9,467 nt of DNA from Octopus sinensis (lineage: Eukaryota), in assembly GCF_006345805.1 (NCBI RefSeq), contig NW_021827924.1, forward strand, positions 1-9,467, given 5' to 3'. A program made the position numbers and the translations under genes. The notes below the pieces were generated by a model. The model was not told the origin of the DNA. It ran no database searches and saw only the letters and a program-made list of their open reading frames with translations. Each line of letters opens with the position of its first letter. Positions within the stretch are counted from its first letter, which is position 1. This document shows, one piece after another, positions 6,930 to 9,467 of the stretch.

Positions 6930-7054
6930 CTTTCTGTTGAAGAGCAAAGGCTCGAAACATAAGATACTTTCTCATTTTCCCGAGCGTCAAATAAATACAC
7001 CTGCTTGTTGTTCATACACCTGTCTTCGCCTTTTGTTTTTCTGAAAATTTCAGC
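6927..7054 (+). mobile_element. Hammerhead-bearing short cassette embedded between TA tracts
   Basis: TTT-CTGTTGA-A-GAGC(AAAG)GCTC-GAAA-CATA|AGA (6931-6964): perfect stem II, core A6 replaced by T, and CAT instead of CGT. GAGCGTCAA at 6982-6990. TA resumes at 7055. Confidence 0.68.
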
Positions 7055-7082
7055 TATATATATATGTTTATATATATATATA

Positions 7083-7118
<36 letters not shown>
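7055..7118. repeat. (TA)n/(TG)n compound microsatellite
   Basis: Directly visible. Confidence 0.92.
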
Positions 7119-7205
7119 ACGGGAAGCTTTATGAAAATAGACAAAAGACGAAGGCAGGTGGAAAACAAACGAACAATTGTATTAGTATATGGCGCTCAGG
7201 AAAAT
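7119..7205 (-). mobile_element. 5'-truncated tail of the same cassette family (no hammerhead), ending in (TA)n
   Basis: Minus strand: TTCCTGAGCGCCA...TAATAC...CACCTGCCTTCGTCTTTTGT... aligns with TTCCCGAGCGTCAA...AATAC...CACCTGTCTTCGCCTTTTGT in 6977-7036. Confidence 0.7.
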
Positions 7206-7209
7206 AATA

Positions 7210-7223
7210 ATATATATAATATA

Positions 7224-7291
<68 letters not shown>
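7210..7291. repeat. Interrupted (TA)n tract
   Basis: Directly visible. Confidence 0.92.
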
Positions 7292-7292
<1 letters not shown>

Positions 7293-7383
7293 TATAAATG
7301 AGTGACACAGATATATACAGGTGTCAATTCATTACGGCCATTTCAAGTGACTCCTTTAATTGATTAATGAAACCATTAATGTA

Positions 7384-7554
7384 GATGCCTACGTAGAATT
7401 CAAACACAAAGGAACAACCAACCGCTTTAACATATTCGTATCACTAACTCCCATTCTGCAGTGGAATCAATGTAAATATTTGAGCTCCATTTGGTGATAC
7501 GAATATGTTAAAGCAGTTCGTTGATCCTTTGTGTTTGAAGTCTACACAGGCATC
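7384..7554. repeat. 61-bp inverted repeat with 49-nt spacer (MITE-like fold-back)
   Basis: 7384-7444 vs 7494-7554: 6 mismatches, no indels. Confidence 0.88.
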
Positions 7555-7679
7555 AAACGAAAACGGTTTATTATTTAAGGATTTAAACTTACGTCCATTC
7601 CTCTGTGGGTTTTGTTTTGCATTTACAATAAAACAAATATATACAAATTATAAAAATGATAAAATAAATATACGGTACA

Positions 7680-7759
7680 ATACTGTTTCTACTTCGCGGA
7701 TTTTCACCTATCGCGGGGCGTTTTGGAATGTAACAACTGCGATAACCGAGGCATTACTG
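7680..7759 (-). mobile_element. Terminus of a pogo/Tigger-like DNA transposon
   Basis: Minus strand reads TA|CAGTAATGCCTCGGTTATCGCAG...CCCCGCGATAGGTGAAAATCCGCGAAGTAG, a Tigger-type terminal and subterminal pattern with TA at 7760-7761. The opposite TIR was not found. The element may extend into the AT-rich 7560-7680 region. Confidence 0.65.
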
Positions 7760-7775
7760 TATTTATATATATACC

Positions 7776-8006
7776 TATTTCGTTACTACCCACAAGGGGC
7801 TAAACACAGAGGGGACAAACAAGGACAGACAAACGGATTAAGTCGATTATATCGATCCCAGTGCGTAACTGGTATTTAATTTATCGACCCCGAAAGGATG
7901 AAAGGCAAAGTCTACCTCGGCGGAATTTGAACTCCGAACGTAACGGCAGACGAAATACGGCTAAGCATTTCGCTCGGCGTGCTAACGTTTCTGCCAGCTC
8001 GCCGCC
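7776..8006 (-). mobile_element. Full-length monomeric copy of the SINE family at 326
   Basis: About 92% identical to 326-557. Flanked by TTTATATATATACC (7762-7775) and a TA-expanded version of the same sequence (about 8009-8026), a probable TSD. Confidence 0.93.
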
Positions 8007-8024
8007 TTTTTATATATATATATA

Positions 8025-8130
8025 CCGTATACACTTGAGTAATAGTCGATCTCATGTAAAAGTCGACTCCCTATTTTTGTCCCCAAAATTGGGAATTTTC
8101 CATAGATCCCATATAAAAGCCGACCCTAGT
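8025..8130 (+). mobile_element. Left end of a Tc2/pogo-like (CCGTA-terminal) DNA transposon
   Basis: TA|CCGTATACAC start with repeated subterminal AGTCGA/AGCCGAC motifs (about 8044, 8061, 8118). No matching right TIR was found. Confidence 0.5.
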
Positions 8131-8502
8131 ATTCACGAACATTTGTGGGTCAAGGTACCGTATTATCCTGTTCGTAGAAACACAGCTGTTACAAAATTGT
8201 GTGACTGCCTTACTGTAGCCTGTTCTATAGGTGCAATGCTTGGTGCTTATAATGGAATGCTTGATGCTTATAGTAAAACACCATTTAATAGTGAGCACTA
8301 CACATCTGTAGATGGGTGCAAACTCACCATTACTAAAATCTATGCTCTGGATATGATGCGAGCCTACATACTTTTTCAAGCACAATAAATTGATGCTTCA
8401 GACACTCGTTGTTTGCATGGTGAGAAACGCGTTTCGCAGACAGAACTATTGACACCCATTGACAAACGCCACTGTCTGAATTCGTACAAAGATCAGGGGC
8501 TT

Positions 8503-9240
8503 TGTTATACCGATAAAGTCATCGGTATAACGACCGTATTGCTCGAGAGTGGGACCAGCGAATTTGAGAGAATATTTGAACCTCAACGTAATTGACAAAC
8601 AGGTTCGCATAGTTTTGGCCCATTCTCGTCCCTGTAGCCACTGCCGAGACCTGTTGGTAAAACCACCCTGCGAAGGAAAAGCGGTCGAGGGAGAGGACAA
8701 GTTCGACCAGACGAAAAAGTGTAGAGGTTTTAGGTTGAAGATCAGGTCCTTGAGCGCTGCGCTTCAGAGAGGGGATCAAGAGGAATGGTAACAACAGATT
8801 GAAGTGTGTGTGTGGGGGGGGGGGGGCAGTAGGAAGGCGGTGAAAAGCTGGGAGAAGAGAGAGGAGAAAGTGGTGTTTGGCAAGGTTGGAGTAATGAAAG
8901 GGTAGGAGTGAGGATGAAGGGGAGGGGATCTGGGAGAGAGGGGTGTTGTGGCATCGGGTGGTACAGGATGAGCGAGAAAGTCGTGAAAAAGGCAGTTTAG
9001 ATGGAGGATGAAGCGTAATGCGGAATGTGCAACGGATGGTGGGCAGCAGGGTAAAAAAAAAAGATGGAATAAGCGAGAGGGAGAAAGCGGTCCAGGGTGT
9101 GCATTTTGGAGGGATTAGAACGAATGGTGGCACCCATTAGGCGGTAGGAAGTGGTGCAGTGTATGGGTAGGATGGCAGAGGTAGAATGGAAAGTAGGATG
9201 GAAATGGAGGCGGAAACCTTTGGAGATGAGGTGGTGACGC
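8503..9240 (-). pseudogene. Penelope-like element ORF fossil (N-terminal region plus RT motifs), frameshifted and internally deleted
   Basis: Minus strand: LVELVLSLDRFSFAGWFYQQVSAVATGTRMGQNYANLFV (YQQ...NLF at 8659-8597) matches the PLE RT motif YxQxxGxAMGxxxxPxxANLF. After a +1 frameshift near 8563, GPTLEQYGRYTDDFIG (RYTDD at 8532-8518) matches the catalytic YIDD. TLQSVVTIP in another frame resembles DVxSLYTxIP. HHLISKGFRLHFHP...YRLMGATIR...MHTLD (about 9240-9080) resembles PLE N-terminal sequence as I recall it (less certain). No GIY-YIG endonuclease domain is present. Confidence 0.85.
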
Positions 9241-9467
9241 ACACACATCTCCTTCCACACGTATATGCACGCACACCAGCTTTATAAGTAATGCTCATGT
9301 GTCCATATGTTCATGTGTTGGGTCAATAAATACTGCATACTCTCAAGTGCTAACCACTCCATAAACATTGACACTCTAATCGCGAATGAAATTACATAAG
9401 ACCCATTAATACCAACACTTCTAACTACTCTCGGTATATTTTTACAACCGTCTCCGTTTCATAATGG

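Noticed and set aside
1455-7301. Numerous ORFs rich in YI/IY, F/L/S, R/E or T/H runs (e.g. 3798-4106, 5434-5824, 6029-6569, 6866-7301)
   Set aside because: They are translations of TA, CTT, GA and CA microsatellites, which lack stop codons in some frames. They show no domain-like content.
8156-8185. Second TA|CCGTA transposon start
   Set aside because: Only a 5-7-nt terminal match, with no partner TIR or subterminal repeats.
7861-8388. 175-aa ORF as a gene
   Set aside because: It starts in the antisense strand of a SINE and crosses a TA run and a transposon end, so it is a chimeric chance ORF with no recognisable domain.

Overview
AT-rich, repeat-dense eukaryotic non-coding DNA (intronic or intergenic) with no intact protein-coding gene. 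Almost all ORFs in the supplied track are translations of microsatellites or SINEs. The SINE families resemble those I recall from octopus/cephalopod genomes; this is inference and was not searched. Contents: six tRNA-derived SINE copies or fragments (two with exact 13-bp TSDs, one internally multimerised), a Tc1/mariner MITE and two Tc1/mariner-type ends, a frameshifted and internally deleted Penelope-like element (PLE) reverse-transcriptase fossil (8503-9240, minus), and many (TA)n and other microsatellites. The most notable signal is a set of hammerhead-ribozyme cassettes that all end in (TA)n tracts. It includes a 340-bp near-perfect palindrome (169-bp arms, 1 mismatch, 2-nt loop, 3505-3844) carrying two complete, mirror-image type I hammerheads (3602-3644 minus, 3705-3747 plus), plus four shorter or degenerate minimal hammerheads with a shared non-canonical extra A. 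Hammerheads in PLE pseudo-LTRs and in retrozymes are known. Whether these particular families, or the twin-ribozyme hairpin, have been described cannot be determined without a database search.
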